DNA of 64,000 nt. Origin: Escherichia coli (GTDB lineage: Bacteria > Pseudomonadota > Gammaproteobacteria > Enterobacterales > Enterobacteriaceae). The notes below the pieces were generated by a model. The model had not been told where the DNA came from. It saw nothing but the letters and a program-made list of their open reading frames with translations, and did no database searches. The position numbers and the translations under genes are program-made. Location: the NCBI RefSeq assembly GCF_003334765.1, contig NZ_QOWT01000014.1. One strand, written 5' to 3'. How positions within the stretch are numbered: position 1 is the stretch's first letter; every line of letters starts with the position of its first letter. Shown here piece by piece: positions 27,866-41,702 of the stretch.

Positions 27866-27923
27866 AAAAAAAACCCCCACAGCATGTGGGGGAAGACAGG
27901 GATGGTGTCTATGGCAAGGAAAA
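27866..27923 (-). ncRNA. cpxQ: CpxQ sRNA, processed from the cpxP 3'UTR; includes the cpxP intrinsic terminator
   Basis: Minus strand reads TTTTCCTTGCCATAGACACCATCCCTGTCTTCCCCCACATGCTGTGGGGGTTTTTTTT, matching my memory of CpxQ; terminator CCCCCA-CATGCT-GTGGGGG then T8. Confidence 0.75.
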
Positions 27924-27932
27924 CAGGGTTTA

Positions 27933-28433
27933 CTACTGGGAACGTGAGTTGCTACTACTCAATAGCTTCAACGATGAACTTTTTTGCCATTGCGTCACGT
28001 CACGCAACTGCTCCATTCGTTGTTGATGTTTCTCGTTTAAAACCGCTTGCTGCTCCGGCGTTAACAGGCGATACATTTGGTTGCGGACTTTTGCCATCTC
28101 AACCTGACGAGCAATTTGCTCATTCGCCATTTTTTCTGCCTGTGCGCGCACAGCGTTTTCATCAAAATTTTCTGCGGTGACAAGGCGATGCATTGTCTCC
28201 AGTTCGCTAACATTAACAGGAGGCTGTTCGTGCCGGGCCTGTTGCATAAGATCTCGCATCTGCTGACGCTGATGTTCGGTTAAACTTATGCCGTCGAACA
28301 TATGGCTCTGCGTACTGCGCTGCGTAAGTTCTTCACCCGGATGCCAGTTATCGCCTGAACCGACTTCAGCAGCGTGGCTTAATGAACTGACTGCCAGCGT
28401 TGAGGCCATGACGGCAGCGGTAACTATGCGCAT
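27933..28433 (-). CDS. cpxP: periplasmic Cpx-pathway inhibitor/chaperone CpxP
   Basis: 166 aa from second [28 protein letters not shown]...; LTxxQ motifs. Confidence 0.94.
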
Positions 28434-28512
28434 CATTTGCTCCCAAAATCTTTCTGTCGCGATTCAACGATAGAGAGTTTACGATTCAGGCTGCAAACAT
28501 GCGTCAGGGGGT

Positions 28513-28527
28513 GTAAAACAACGTAAA
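28513..28527. promoter_or_regulatory. CpxR box in divergent cpxP/cpxRA control region
   Basis: GTAAA-ACAAC-GTAAA matches CpxR consensus GTAAA-N5-GTAAA. Confidence 0.8.
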
Positions 28528-28582
28528 GTCATGGATTAGCGACGTCTGATGACGTAATTTCTGCCTCGGAGGTATTTAAACA

Positions 28583-29281
28583 ATGAATAAAATCCTGTTA
28601 GTTGATGATGACCGAGAGCTGACTTCCCTATTAAAGGAGCTGCTCGAGATGGAAGGCTTCAACGTGATTGTTGCCCACGATGGGGAACAGGCGCTTGATC
28701 TTCTGGACGACAGCATTGATTTACTTTTGCTTGACGTAATGATGCCGAAGAAAAATGGTATCGACACATTAAAAGCACTTCGCCAGACACACCAGACGCC
28801 TGTCATTATGTTGACGGCGCGCGGCAGTGAACTTGATCGCGTTCTCGGCCTTGAGCTGGGCGCAGATGACTATCTCCCGAAACCGTTTAATGATCGTGAG
28901 CTGGTGGCACGTATTCGCGCGATCCTGCGCCGTTCGCACTGGAGCGAGCAACAGCAAAACAACGACAACGGTTCACCGACACTGGAAGTTGATGCCTTAG
29001 TGCTGAATCCAGGCCGTCAGGAAGCCAGCTTCGACGGGCAAACGCTGGAGTTAACCGGTACTGAGTTTACCCTGCTCTATTTGCTGGCACAGCATCTGGG
29101 TCAGGTGGTTTCCCGTGAACATTTAAGCCAGGAAGTGTTGGGCAAACGCCTGACGCCTTTCGACCGCGCTATTGATATGCACATTTCCAACCTGCGTCGT
29201 AAACTGCCGGATCGTAAAGATGGTCACCCGTGGTTTAAAACCTTGCGTGGTCGCGGCTATCTGATGGTTTCTGCTTCATGA
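28583..29281 (+). CDS. cpxR: envelope stress response regulator CpxR (OmpR family)
   Basis: 232-aa ORF MNKILLVDDDRELTSLLKELLEMEGFNV...; receiver plus winged-helix domains. Confidence 0.97.
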   Translation: MNKILLVDDDRELTSLLKELLEMEGFNVIVAHDGEQALDLLDDSIDLLLLDVMMPKKNGIDTLKALRQTHQTPVIMLTARGSELDRVLGLELGADDYLPKPFNDRELVARIRAILRRSHWSEQQQNNDNGSPTLEVDALVLNPGRQEASFDGQTLELTGTEFTLLYLLAQHLGQVVSREHLSQEVLGKRLTPFDRAIDMHISNLRRKLPDRKDGHPWFKTLRGRGYLMVSAS

Positions 29282-30651
29282 TAGGCAGCTTAACCGCGCG
29301 CATCTTCGCCATCTTCTGGCTGACGCTGGCGCTGGTGTTGATGTTGGTTTTGATGTTACCCAAGCTCGATTCACGCCAGATGACCGAGCTTCTGGATAGC
29401 GAACAGCGTCAGGGGCTGATGATTGAGCAGCATGTCGAAGCGGAGCTGGCGAACGATCCGCCCAACGATTTAATGTGGTGGCGGCGTCTGTTCCGGGCGA
29501 TTGATAAGTGGGCACCGCCAGGACAGCGTTTGTTATTGGTGACCACCGAAGGCCGCGTGATCGGCGCTGAACGCAGCGAAATGCAGATCATTCGTAACTT
29601 TATTGGTCAGGCCGATAACGCCGATCATCCGCAGAAGAAAAAGTATGGCCGCGTGGAACTGGTCGGTCCGTTCTCCGTGCGTGATGGCGAAGATAATTAC
29701 CAACTTTATCTGATTCGTCCGGCCAGCAGTTCTCAATCCGATTTCATTAACTTACTGTTTGACCGCCCGCTATTACTGCTGATTGTCACCATGTTGGTCA
29801 GTACGCCGCTGCTGTTGTGGTTGGCCTGGAGTCTGGCAAAACCGGCGCGTAAGCTGAAAAACGCTGCCGATGAAGTTGCCCAGGGAAACTTACGCCAGCA
29901 CCCGGAACTGGAAGCGGGGCCACAGGAATTCCTTGCCGCAGGTGCCAGTTTTAACCAGATGGTCACCGCGCTGGAGCGCATGATGACCTCTCAGCAGCGT
30001 CTGCTTTCTGATATCTCTCACGAGCTGCGCACCCCGCTGACGCGTCTGCAACTGGGTACGGCGTTACTGCGCCGTCGTAGCGGTGAAAGCAAGGAACTGG
30101 AGCGTATTGAAACCGAAGCGCAACGTCTGGACAGCATGATCAACGATCTGTTGGTGATGTCACGTAATCAGCAAAAAAACGCGCTGGTTAGCGAAACCAT
30201 CAAAGCCAACCAGTTGTGGAGTGAAGTGCTGGATAACGCGGCGTTCGAAGCCGAGCAAATGGGCAAGTCGTTGACAGTTAACTTCCCGCCTGGGCCGTGG
30301 CCGCTGTACGGCAATCCGAACGCCCTGGAAAGTGCGCTGGAAAACATTGTTCGTAATGCTCTGCGTTATTCCCATACGAAGATTGAAGTGGGCTTTGCGG
30401 TAGATAAAGACGGTATCACCATTACGGTGGACGACGATGGTCCTGGCGTTAGCCCGGAAGATCGCGAACAGATTTTCCGTCCGTTCTATCGTACCGATGA
30501 AGCACGCGATCGTGAATCTGGCGGTACAGGTTTGGGGCTGGCGATTGTTGAAACCGCCATTCAGCAGCATCGTGGCTGGGTGAAGGCAGAAGACAGCCCG
30601 CTGGGCGGTTTACGGCTGGTGATTTGGTTGCCGCTGTATAAGCGGAGTTAA
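29278..30651 (+). CDS. cpxA: envelope stress sensor histidine kinase CpxA
   Basis: 457-aa ORF; H-box SHELRTPLTRL; start overlaps cpxR stop by 4 bp (ATGA). Confidence 0.97.
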   Translation: MIGSLTARIFAIFWLTLALVLMLVLMLPKLDSRQMTELLDSEQRQGLMIEQHVEAELANDPPNDLMWWRRLFRAIDKWAPPGQRLLLVTTEGRVIGAERSEMQIIRNFIGQADNADHPQKKKYGRVELVGPFSVRDGEDNYQLYLIRPASSSQSDFINLLFDRPLLLLIVTMLVSTPLLLWLAWSLAKPARKLKNAADEVAQGNLRQHPELEAGPQEFLAAGASFNQMVTALERMMTSQQRLLSDISHELRTPLTRLQLGTALLRRRSGESKELERIETEAQRLDSMINDLLVMSRNQQKNALVSETIKANQLWSEVLDNAAFEAEQMGKSLTVNFPPGPWPLYGNPNALESALENIVRNALRYSHTKIEVGFAVDKDGITITVDDDGPGVSPEDREQIFRPFYRTDEARDRESGGTGLGLAIVETAIQQHRGWVKAEDSPLGGLRLVIWLPLYKRS

Positions 30652-30663
30652 ACTTCGCATTTG

Positions 30664-30746
30664 CAGGCAGGATAAGGCGTTTACGCCGCATCCGGCATTT
30701 GAGCAGGATGCCTGATGCGACGCTGATAGCGTCTTATCAGGCCTAC
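30664..30746. repeat. REP pair downstream of cpxA
   Basis: AGGATAAGGCGTTTACGCCGCATCCGGCA ... GCCTGATGCGACGCTGATAGCGTCTTATCAGGCCTAC. Confidence 0.85.
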
Positions 30747-30756
30747 ACTCCGGGGG

Positions 30757-31431
30757 TTATTTTCCCCACAACCGGCGGGAAAAATCTTCGATCTTGCCGC
30801 TCAGTCGGCGCTTTTGCATCGTCCGCGTCCAGCTTTTCGATAACCCGGCAGCGGAGAGTAAACGGTGATATTGATCGTCATCAAACGGCATATGCCATGC
30901 GATGGCGGCAGCCTCCTGCACGGTCACATCGCTGACACGGGAAACCAACTCCAGCGGCGCGTCCGCAGACACTTTCCCTGGCGCTATCACGCTATACAAC
31001 CACCCCACCTTACCTGTGTTTTGCATCAACTGCGCTATATCGCTGATATCAAAATGGTAATTGAGTTTATAGCAAGGCGAGCGCGGCTGGCTGACCTGAA
31101 TTAATGCCTCTCCCCAGCGGAAAATATCGCCCATATAAACATTACTTTCCGTCAGGCCGTCGGTTGAGAGGTTTTCACCAAACGCAGGCGCAACAAACAA
31201 CTCCGCCTGTTCCGGAAATTCCCGCGCCCAGTAGAGATAATGCTCACGAGGATAATGACACAGCGCTCTGTCTGGCCCGCCGTGAACCTTTTTCTCCGCC
31301 TGCTCGTCACCTTCCAGCCCCAGCTCCGTCAGCATCAACTCACCATCAACCTGGATTTTAGCAATTGCGCTGGGTTTGCCTTCGGGATAAGCCTGAATCT
31401 TGCCTGTGTATACATCAACCGGATATCGCAT
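30757..31431 (-). CDS. yiiM: YiiM, MOSC-domain protein (predicted N-hydroxylated base detoxification)
   Basis: Track ORF 234 aa; ATG at 31431 gives 224 aa MRYPVDVYTGKIQAYPEGKPSAIAKIQ. Confidence 0.88.
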   Translation of the reverse strand: MRYPVDVYTGKIQAYPEGKPSAIAKIQVDGELMLTELGLEGDEQAEKKVHGGPDRALCHYPREHYLYWAREFPEQAELFVAPAFGENLSTDGLTESNVYMGDIFRWGEALIQVSQPRSPCYKLNYHFDISDIAQLMQNTGKVGWLYSVIAPGKVSADAPLELVSRVSDVTVQEAAAIAWHMPFDDDQYHRLLSAAGLSKSWTRTMQKRRLSGKIEDFSRRLWGK

Positions 31432-31579
31432 CTGTTCCCTCTCCACGAGAAATTTCCCCATTAGACCATATTTATTTTATGTCAGGCGTGCTGTTTTCGC
31501 GGTAAGTATCCAGGCAGGAACTCAATAGCAAACCGGACGAACGTTAGTTCATCCGGCTGTGGGGATTAAGGAAGCAGGT

Positions 31580-32563
31580 TTATTTCACCGTACCTAAAAT
31601 TTCGATTTTCGCTGCTCTGGCTTTGACTTTACGTGACCAGATAGAGGTAAGAATTGGCACCAGAATCGAAGTCACAATGACCGCCGTCGCTACCAGCGAA
31701 GTTGCTGCCGGAGCCATCGGTTTAAACGCAGGCACCATTTCTGCAATCAGCACAGGTGTCGCTACCGCGGCCCCTGCGGAACTGGAAGCGGCAATTCCGG
31801 CAGTGCCATCGCCACCGCCAATCAATTTATCGGCGATAATCAACGGAATACCGGTCACGATAATTACTGCCACACCCAACAGGATCCCCAGCAAACCAGT
31901 CTGGGCAATCACAGTCAAATCAATGGTATTGCCCAGCGCGAAGGCAAAGAATGGAATCAGCGTTTGCACCGCTTTGCTGAAAAATTCTCGCAATTCAGGG
32001 TCAAGGTTCCCCAGGGCAAAGCCCACCAGGAACGGTAATACTGCGCCGACGAAAACATGCGGTTCAAACGAGGCAATCCCGGCAGTGCCCAGAATAATCA
32101 TCGTCATGAGCGGCCCGGACTCCAACGACATCAACACAAATGCCCCAGCTTCTTCTTTTGTGCCGTACTGCTGCATGATGGAAGCGTAAAGTCCGCCATT
32201 GGTCATATCCATCGCCGCCACCAGCGCCAGCGTTGAAAGTCCGGCAAAGAATCCAACTTCAACACCATGTTCCGGAATAATACGCGAGGCAATTGCCGCA
32301 ACCACCCACGCGACGGCAATTTTAGTTACCACCAGCGTACCGGATTTACGCAGTACCGTTCCCGTCGCGCTTAATTTTATTGACGCCCCCATGCAAAAAA
32401 ACCACACCGCCAGAATGGGCACCGTACCGGTAATCATCCCGTTGGTGAATGATCCAAAATATTTCCCCGCCCCCGGCGAGAAGGTGTGGCACAGTGCGCC
32501 AAGGAATAGCGGGACGAGCATCATCCCCCCCGGGATTTTCTCAATCGAGCGTTTTATCTGCAT
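31580..32563 (-). CDS. kdgT: 2-keto-3-deoxygluconate permease
   Basis: Track ORF 330 aa; ATG at 32563 gives 327 aa [28 protein letters not shown]; polytopic. Confidence 0.92.
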
Positions 32564-32822
32564 TTCCATCACCTGTCGGCATATTTTTAAGGGCTGATGC
32601 GTAATTCCTCAATGGAGCATCAGTGTTGATGGAAACGAAGATAGACATTCATTTAATCAATAAAAGTGATCAAAACCACATCAATTGAAACGCTGTTTTA
32701 TTTTTATCGGATCATTGTTTTTATTTTGAAATTGATCACAAAAAAACCACCGCCGTTGGCGATGGTTCATTTTTTAAGCTGATATGCGGCCTATACGCCT
32801 CATTGCAGCAGGCGGCAAATGA

Positions 32823-33443
32823 TTATTTTTTCGCCGCAAAACGTGCCGCTGCTTCGTCCCAGTTCACCACGTTCCAGAACTCTTTAATGTAGTCCGGACG
32901 GCGGTTCTGGAATTTCAGGTAGTAAGCATGTTCCCACACATCCAGGCCCATAATCGGGAAGCCGGAAGCGCCAGAAATAGCTTCACCCATCAGCGGAGAA
33001 TCCTGGTTAGCAGTAGAAACCACCGCCAGTTTATCGCCTTTCAGCACCAGCCATGCCCAGCCGGAACCAAAGCGGGAAGCTGCCGCTTTTTCAAATTCTG
33101 CTTTGAAGTTATCAACGGAGCCGAAGTCACGTTCGATAGCCGCTTTCAGGTCACCCTGCAGGGTGGTGCCTTTTTTCAGACCTTTCCAGAACAGGCTGTG
33201 GTTAGCGTGACCGCCAGCGTTGTTGCGCAGTACGGTTTTCTTGTCTGCTGGCAGCTGGTCCAGTTTGGTGATCAGCTCTTCAACCGGCAGGTTGGCAAAT
33301 TCTGGCAGGCTTTCCAGCGCCGCGTTGGCGTTGTTTACGTAGGTCTGATGGTGTTTGGTGTGGTGGATTTCCATGGTCTGCTTATCGAAGTGCGGTTCCA
33401 GGGCATCGTAAGCATACGGCAGGGATGGCAGGGTATAGCTCAT
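32823..33443 (-). CDS. sodA: manganese superoxide dismutase
   Basis: 206 aa from ATG at 33443, [44 protein letters not shown]. Confidence 0.97.
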   Translation of the reverse strand: MSYTLPSLPYAYDALEPHFDKQTMEIHHTKHHQTYVNNANAALESLPEFANLPVEELITKLDQLPADKKTVLRNNAGGHANHSLFWKGLKKGTTLQGDLKAAIERDFGSVDNFKAEFEKAAASRFGSGWAWLVLKGDKLAVVSTANQDSPLMGEAISGASGFPIMGLDVWEHAYYLKFQNRRPDYIKEFWNVVNWDEAAARFAAKK

Positions 33444-33521
33444 ATTCATCTCCAGTATTGTCGGGCGGCCGATTGTTAATGCCGCGTAAGCAGTTGGTTC
33501 ATTATAGTTAATTAAATGATA

Positions 33522-33540
33522 TTGAAAATGATTATCAATG
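33522..33540. promoter_or_regulatory. Fur box in sodA promoter
   Basis: TTGAAAATGATTATCAATG resembles Fur consensus GATAATGATAATCATTATC; about 80 bp upstream of sodA start. Confidence 0.6.
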
Positions 33541-33727
33541 CCGTACTTTTCGTAAGGGTATGGTTTTGCAGGAAAATGCCCGAGATGTGAAGCAAATCAC
33601 CCACTTAATGCCGTGATTGCCAGTAAATCGACAACGGCGGCAACAGGCGAAAGGTTAATCGACAGCACGATTTTTACACTCATCTCGTCGGAGATGTGAC
33701 GCGACGAAAAATGATGAGGATAAGAAG

Positions 33728-34762
33728 ATGAGTAACGCGATTACGATGGGGATATTTTGGCATTTGATCGGCGCGGCCAGTGCAGCCTGTTTTTACGCTC
33801 CGTTCAAAAAAGTAAAAAAATGGTCATGGGAAACCATGTGGTCAGTCGGTGGGATTGTTTCGTGGATTATTCTGCCGTGGGCCATCAGCGCCCTGTTACT
33901 ACCGAATTTCTGGGCGTATTACAGCTCGTTTAGTCTCTCTACGCTACTGCCTGTTTTTCTGTTCGGCGCTATGTGGGGGATCGGTAATATCAACTACGGC
34001 CTGACCATGCGTTATCTCGGCATGTCGATGGGAATTGGCATCGCCATTGGCATTACGTTGATTGTCGGTACGCTGATGACGCCAATTATCAACGGCAATT
34101 TCGATGTGTTGATTAGCACCGAAGGCGGACGCATGACGTTGCTCGGCGTTCTGGTGGCGCTGATTGGCGTAGGGATTGTAACTCGCGCCGGGCAGTTGAA
34201 AGAGCGCAAGATGGGCATTAAAGCCGAAGAGTTCAATCTGAAAAAAGGGCTGGTGCTGGCGGTGATGTGCGGCATTTTCTCTGCCGGGATGTCCTTTGCG
34301 ATGAACGCCGCAAAACCGATGCATGAAGCCGCTGCCGCACTTGGCGTCGATCCACTGTATGTCGCTCTGCCAAGCTATGTTGTCATCATGGGCGGCGGCG
34401 CGATCATTAACCTCGGTTTCTGTTTTATTCGTCTGGCAAAAGTGAAGGATTTGTCGCTAAAAGCCGACTTCTCGCTGGCAAAATCGCTGATCATTCACAA
34501 TGTGTTACTCTCGACACTGGGCGGGTTGATGTGGTATCTGCAATTCTTTTTCTATGCCTGGGGCCACGCCCGCATTCCGGCGCAGTATGACTACATCAGT
34601 TGGATGCTGCATATGAGTTTCTATGTATTGTGCGGCGGTATCGTCGGGCTGGTGCTGAAAGAGTGGAACAATGCAGGACGCCGTCCGGTAACGGTGTTGA
34701 GCCTCGGTTGTGTGGTGATTATTGTCGCCGCTAACATCGTCGGCATCGGCATGGCGAATTAA
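33728..34762 (+). CDS. rhaT: L-rhamnose-proton symporter
   Basis: 344-aa polytopic [38 protein letters not shown]. Confidence 0.95.
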   Translation: MSNAITMGIFWHLIGAASAACFYAPFKKVKKWSWETMWSVGGIVSWIILPWAISALLLPNFWAYYSSFSLSTLLPVFLFGAMWGIGNINYGLTMRYLGMSMGIGIAIGITLIVGTLMTPIINGNFDVLISTEGGRMTLLGVLVALIGVGIVTRAGQLKERKMGIKAEEFNLKKGLVLAVMCGIFSAGMSFAMNAAKPMHEAAAALGVDPLYVALPSYVVIMGGGAIINLGFCFIRLAKVKDLSLKADFSLAKSLIIHNVLLSTLGGLMWYLQFFFYAWGHARIPAQYDYISWMLHMSFYVLCGGIVGLVLKEWNNAGRRPVTVLSLGCVVIIVAANIVGIGMAN

Positions 34763-35607
34763 TCTTTCTGCAAATTGAGATGACGCCACTGGCTGGGCGT
34801 CATCCCGGTTTCCCGGGTAAACACCACCGAAAAATAGTTACTATCTTCAAAGCCACATTCGGTCGAAATATCACTGATTAACAGGCGGCTATGCTGGAGA
34901 AGATATTGCGCATGACACACTCTGACCTGTCGCAGATATTGATTGATGGTCATTCCAGTCTGCTGGCGAAATTGCTGACGCAAAACGCGCTCACTGCACG
35001 ATGCCTCATCACAAAATTTATCCAGCGCAAAGGGACTTTTCAGGCTAGCCGCCAGCCGGGTAATCAGCTTATCCAGCAACGTTTCGCTGGATGTTGGCGG
35101 CAACGAATCACTGGTGTAACGATGGCGATTCAGCAACATCACCAACTGCCCGAACAGCAACTCAGCCATTTCGTTAGCAAACGGCACATGCTGACTACTT
35201 TCATGCTCAAGCTGACCGATAACCTGCCGCGCCTGCGCCATCCCCATGCTACCTAAGCGCCAGTGTGGTTGCCCTGCGCTGGCGTTAAATCCCGGAATCG
35301 CCCCCTGCCAGTCAAGATTCAGCTTCAGACGCTCCGGGCAATAAATAATATTCTGCAAAACCAGATCGTTAACGGAAGCGTAGGAGTGTTTATCGTCAGC
35401 ATGAATGTAAAAGAGATCGCCACGGGTAATGCGATAAGGGCGATCGTTGAGTACATGCAGGCCATTACCGCGCCAGACAATCACCAGCTCACAAAAATCA
35501 TGTGTATGTTCAGCAAAGACATCTTGCGGATAACGGTCAGCCACAGCGACTGCCTGCTGGTCGCTGGCAAAAAAATCATCTTTGAGAAGTTTTAACTGAT
35601 GCGCCAC
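34759..35607 (-). CDS. rhaR: AraC-family rhamnose regulator RhaR
   Basis: Track ORF 340 aa overlaps rhaS; GTG at 35607 gives 282 aa (M)[33 protein letters not shown]; start choice is from memory of annotation. Confidence 0.85.
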   Translation of the reverse strand: MAHQLKLLKDDFFASDQQAVAVADRYPQDVFAEHTHDFCELVIVWRGNGLHVLNDRPYRITRGDLFYIHADDKHSYASVNDLVLQNIIYCPERLKLNLDWQGAIPGFNASAGQPHWRLGSMGMAQARQVIGQLEHESSQHVPFANEMAELLFGQLVMLLNRHRYTSDSLPPTSSETLLDKLITRLAASLKSPFALDKFCDEASCSERVLRQQFRQQTGMTINQYLRQVRVCHAQYLLQHSRLLISDISTECGFEDSNYFSVVFTRETGMTPSQWRHLNLQKD

Positions 35608-35680
35608 CGTGGCTACCTCGGCCAGAGAACGAAGTTGATTATTCGCAATATGGCGTACAAATACGTTGAGAAGATTCGCG

Positions 35681-36517
35681 TTATTGCAGAAAGCCATCCC
35701 GTCCCTGGCGAATATCACGCGGTGACCAGTTAAACTCTCGGCGAAAAAGCGTCGAAAAGTGGTTACTGTCGCTGAATCCATAGCGATAGGCGATGTCAGT
35801 AACGCTGGCCTCGCTGTGGCGTAGCAGATGTCGGGCTTTCATCAGTCGCAGGCGGTTCAGGTATCGCTGAGGCGTCAGTCCCGTTTGCTGCTTAAGCTGC
35901 CGATGTAGCGTACGCAGTGAAAGAGAAAATTGATCCGCCACGGCATCCCAATTCACCTCATCGGCAAAATGGTCCTCCAGCCAGGCCAGAAGCAAGTTGA
36001 GACGTGATGCGCTGTTTTCCAGGTTCTCCTGCAAACTGCTTTTACACAGCAAGAGCAGTAATTGCATAAACAAGATCTCGCGACTGGCGGTCGAGGGTAA
36101 ATCATTTTCCCCTTCCTGCTGTTCCATCTGTGCAACCAGCTGTCGCACCTGCTGCAATACGCTGTGGTTAACGCGCCAGTGAGACGGATACTGCCCATCC
36201 AGCTCTTGTGGCAGCAACTGATTCAGCCCGGCGAGAAACTGAAATCGATCCGGCGAGCGATACAGCACATTGGTCAGACACAGATTATCGGTATGTTCAT
36301 ACAGATGCCGATCATGATCGCGTACGAAACAGACCGTGCCACCGGTGATGGTATAGGGCTGCCCATTAAACACATGAATACCCGTGCCATGTTCGACAAT
36401 CACAATTTCATGAAAATCATGATGATGTTCAGGAAAATCCGCCTGCGGGAGCCGGGGTTCTATCGCCACGGACGCGTTACCAGACGGAAAAAAATCCACA
36501 CTATGTAATACGGTCAT
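35681..36517 (-). CDS. rhaS: AraC-family rhamnose activator RhaS
   Basis: 278-aa [47 protein letters not shown]. Confidence 0.95.
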   Translation of the reverse strand: MTVLHSVDFFPSGNASVAIEPRLPQADFPEHHHDFHEIVIVEHGTGIHVFNGQPYTITGGTVCFVRDHDRHLYEHTDNLCLTNVLYRSPDRFQFLAGLNQLLPQELDGQYPSHWRVNHSVLQQVRQLVAQMEQQEGENDLPSTASREILFMQLLLLLCKSSLQENLENSASRLNLLLAWLEDHFADEVNWDAVADQFSLSLRTLHRQLKQQTGLTPQRYLNRLRLMKARHLLRHSEASVTDIAYRYGFSDSNHFSTLFRREFNWSPRDIRQGRDGFLQ

Positions 36518-36680
36518 ACTGGCCTCCTGATGTCGTCAACACGGCGAAATAGTAATCACGAGGTCAGGTTCTTACCTTAAATTTTCGACGGAAAACCACG
36601 TAAAAAACGTCGATTTTTCAAGATACAGCGTGAATTTTCAGGAAATGCGGTGAGCATCACATCACCACAATTCAGCAAAT

Positions 36681-36696
36681 TGTGAACATCATCACG
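36681..36696. promoter_or_regulatory. CRP site in rhaSR/rhaBAD divergent control region
   Basis: TGTGA-ACATCA-TCACG; RhaS half-sites expected immediately downstream (36700-36750). Confidence 0.7.
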
Positions 36697-36771
36697 TTCA
36701 TCTTTCCCTGGTTGCCAATGGCCCATTTTCCTGTCAGTAACGAGAAGGTCGCGAATTCAGGCGCTTTTTAG

Positions 36772-39530
<2,759 letters not shown>

Positions 39531-39533
39531 ACA

Positions 39534-39753
39534 CTGCCGGATGCGGCGCGAGCGCCTTATCCGGCCTACGGGTCGGCAACAGTTGTAGGCCTGATAAGAC
39601 GCGACAGCGTCGCATCAGGCATTGATTGCCGGATGCGGCACAAGTGCCTTATCCGGCCTACAGGTCGGCAATAGTTGTAGGCCTGATAAGACGCGACAGC
39701 GTCGCATCAGGCATTGATTGCCGGATGCGGCGCGAGCGCCTTATCCGGCCTAC
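39534..39753. repeat. BIME: five alternating REP units in rhaA-rhaD spacer
   Basis: CTGCCGGATGCGGCGCGAGCGCCTTATCCGGCCTAC alternating with inverted GTAGGCCTGATAAGACGCGACAGCGTCGCATCAGGCA; about 80-bp unit repeated nearly identically. Confidence 0.9.
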
Positions 39754-39796
39754 GGGTCGTGCATCCGACAACACCGAATTTACAGGAACACAGAAC

Positions 39797-40621
39797 ATGC
39801 AAAACATTACTCAGTCCTGGTTTGTCCAGGGAATGATCAAAGCCACCACCGACGCCTGGCTGAAAGGCTGGGATGAGCGCAACGGCGGCAACCTGACGCT
39901 ACGCCTGGATGACGCCGATATCGCACCATATCACGACAATTTCCACCAACAACCGCGCTATATCCCGCTCAGCCAGCCCATGCCTTTACTGGCAAATACA
40001 CCGTTTATTGTCACCGGCTCGGGCAAATTCTTCCGTAACGTCCAGCTTGATCCTGCGGCTAACTTAGGCATCGTAAAAGTCGACAGCGACGGCGCGGGCT
40101 ACCACATTCTTTGGGGGTTAACCAACGAAGCCGTCCCCACTTCCGAACTTCCGGCTCACTTCCTTTCCCACTGCGAGCGCATTAAAGCCACCAACGGCAA
40201 AGATCGGGTGATCATGCACTGCCACGCCACCAACCTGATCGCCCTCACCTATGTACTTGAAAACGACACCGCGGTCTTCACTCGCCAACTGTGGGAAGGC
40301 AGCACCGAGTGTCTGGTGGTATTCCCGGATGGCGTTGGCATTTTGCCGTGGATGGTGCCCGGCACGGACGAAATCGGCCAGGCGACCGCACAAGAGATGC
40401 AAAAACATTCGCTGGTGTTGTGGCCCTTCCACGGCGTCTTCGGCAGCGGACCGACGCTGGATGAAACCTTCGGTTTAATCGACACCGCAGAAAAATCAGC
40501 ACAAGTATTAGTGAAGGTTTATTCGATGGGCGGCATGAAACAGACCATCAGCCGTGAAGAGTTGATAGCGCTCGGCAAGCGTTTCGGCGTTACGCCACTC
40601 GCCAGTGCGCTGGCGCTGTAA
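39797..40621 (+). CDS. rhaD: rhamnulose-1-phosphate aldolase
   Basis: Track ORF starts inside BIME; ATG at 39797 gives 274 aa [32 protein letters not shown]. Confidence 0.95.
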
Positions 40622-40630
40622 GGAGCAAAC

Positions 40631-40945
40631 ATGATCCGCAAAGCCTTTGTCATGCAGGTAAACCCCGACGCCCACGAAGAGTATCAGCGTCGGCATAATC
40701 CCATCTGGCCAGAACTGGAAGCAGTGCTGAAATCTCACGGTGCGCATAACTACGCCATCTATCTCGACAAAGCGCGTAATCTGCTGTTTGCCATGGTAGA
40801 GATTGAATCTGAAGAACGCTGGAATGCGGTTGCCAGCACTGATGTTTGCCAACGTTGGTGGAAATATATGACCGATGTTATGCCCGCTAACCCGGATAAC
40901 AGCCCGGTGAGTAGCGAGCTGCAAGAAGTGTTTTACCTGCCGTAA
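40631..40945 (+). CDS. rhaM: L-rhamnose mutarotase
   Basis: 104-aa [49 protein letters not shown]. Confidence 0.93.
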
Positions 40946-40953
40946 TTGCCCAA

Positions 40954-40985
40954 TGTGCCAGAGATGCCTCCGGCACAATATTTTA
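40954..40985 (+). terminator. candidate terminator after rhaM
   Basis: GTGCCAGAG-ATGC-CTCCGGCAC imperfect hairpin followed by AATATTTT. Confidence 0.45.
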
Positions 40986-41245
40986 AATTTCGATTTGAAA
41001 AATTAAACATATTACATCTCCCGGTAAGTTATATTTCCCTGATACATTGTGAGTAAATCACAAAAATAATGAATAACCCATTAATGATTCATGTGGTTTA
41101 TTTAAATAACCATTATGTGCATTACTCCGCAAATCTGACCTTTCACTCTGTCTCAAATTGTCATTGTTTACCGACATATCGCCTCTCATCACTTAATCGC
41201 TCCACCATTACAATTGATTAAAATATATTTTATGGAGTCCGATTA

Positions 41246-41692
41246 ATGGCAGCTCTTACTGCAAGCTGTATTGACCTGAATATTCAGGGCAATGGCGCTT
41301 ATTCCGTTCTGAAGCAGTTGGCGACAATAGCGTTACAAAACGGTTTTATCACCGACTCACACCAGTTCCTGCAAACCCTGCTGCTGCGCGAAAAAATGCA
41401 CTCTACTGGATTTGGTTCCGGTGTCGCCGTGCCGCACGGTAAAAGCGCCTGCGTTAAACAACCGTTCGTATTATTCGCCCGCAAAGCGCAGGCTATTGAC
41501 TGGAAAGCCAGCGATGGCGAAGACGTCAATTGCTGGATCTGCCTCGGCGTGCCGCAAAGCGGCGAAGAGGATCAGGTCAAAATCATCGGCACACTGTGTC
41601 GCAAAATTATTCACAAGGAATTTATTCATCAACTGCAACAGGGCGATACCGACCAGGTGCTTGCCTTGTTAAATCAAACCCTCAGCTCATAA
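41246..41692 (+). CDS. frvA: PTS fructose-like enzyme IIA component
   Basis: 148-aa ORF; EIIA(Fru/Mtl/Ntr)-type with conserved His region SGVAVPHGK. Confidence 0.9.
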   Translation: MAALTASCIDLNIQGNGAYSVLKQLATIALQNGFITDSHQFLQTLLLREKMHSTGFGSGVAVPHGKSACVKQPFVLFARKAQAIDWKASDGEDVNCWICLGVPQSGEEDQVKIIGTLCRKIIHKEFIHQLQQGDTDQVLALLNQTLSS

Positions 41693-41702
41693 GGAAGTGG
41701 CG

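Noticed and set aside
31623-32189. 188-aa plus-strand ORF antisense to kdgT
   Set aside because: Antisense shadow ORF; low-complexity Ala/Pro/Thr-rich translation.
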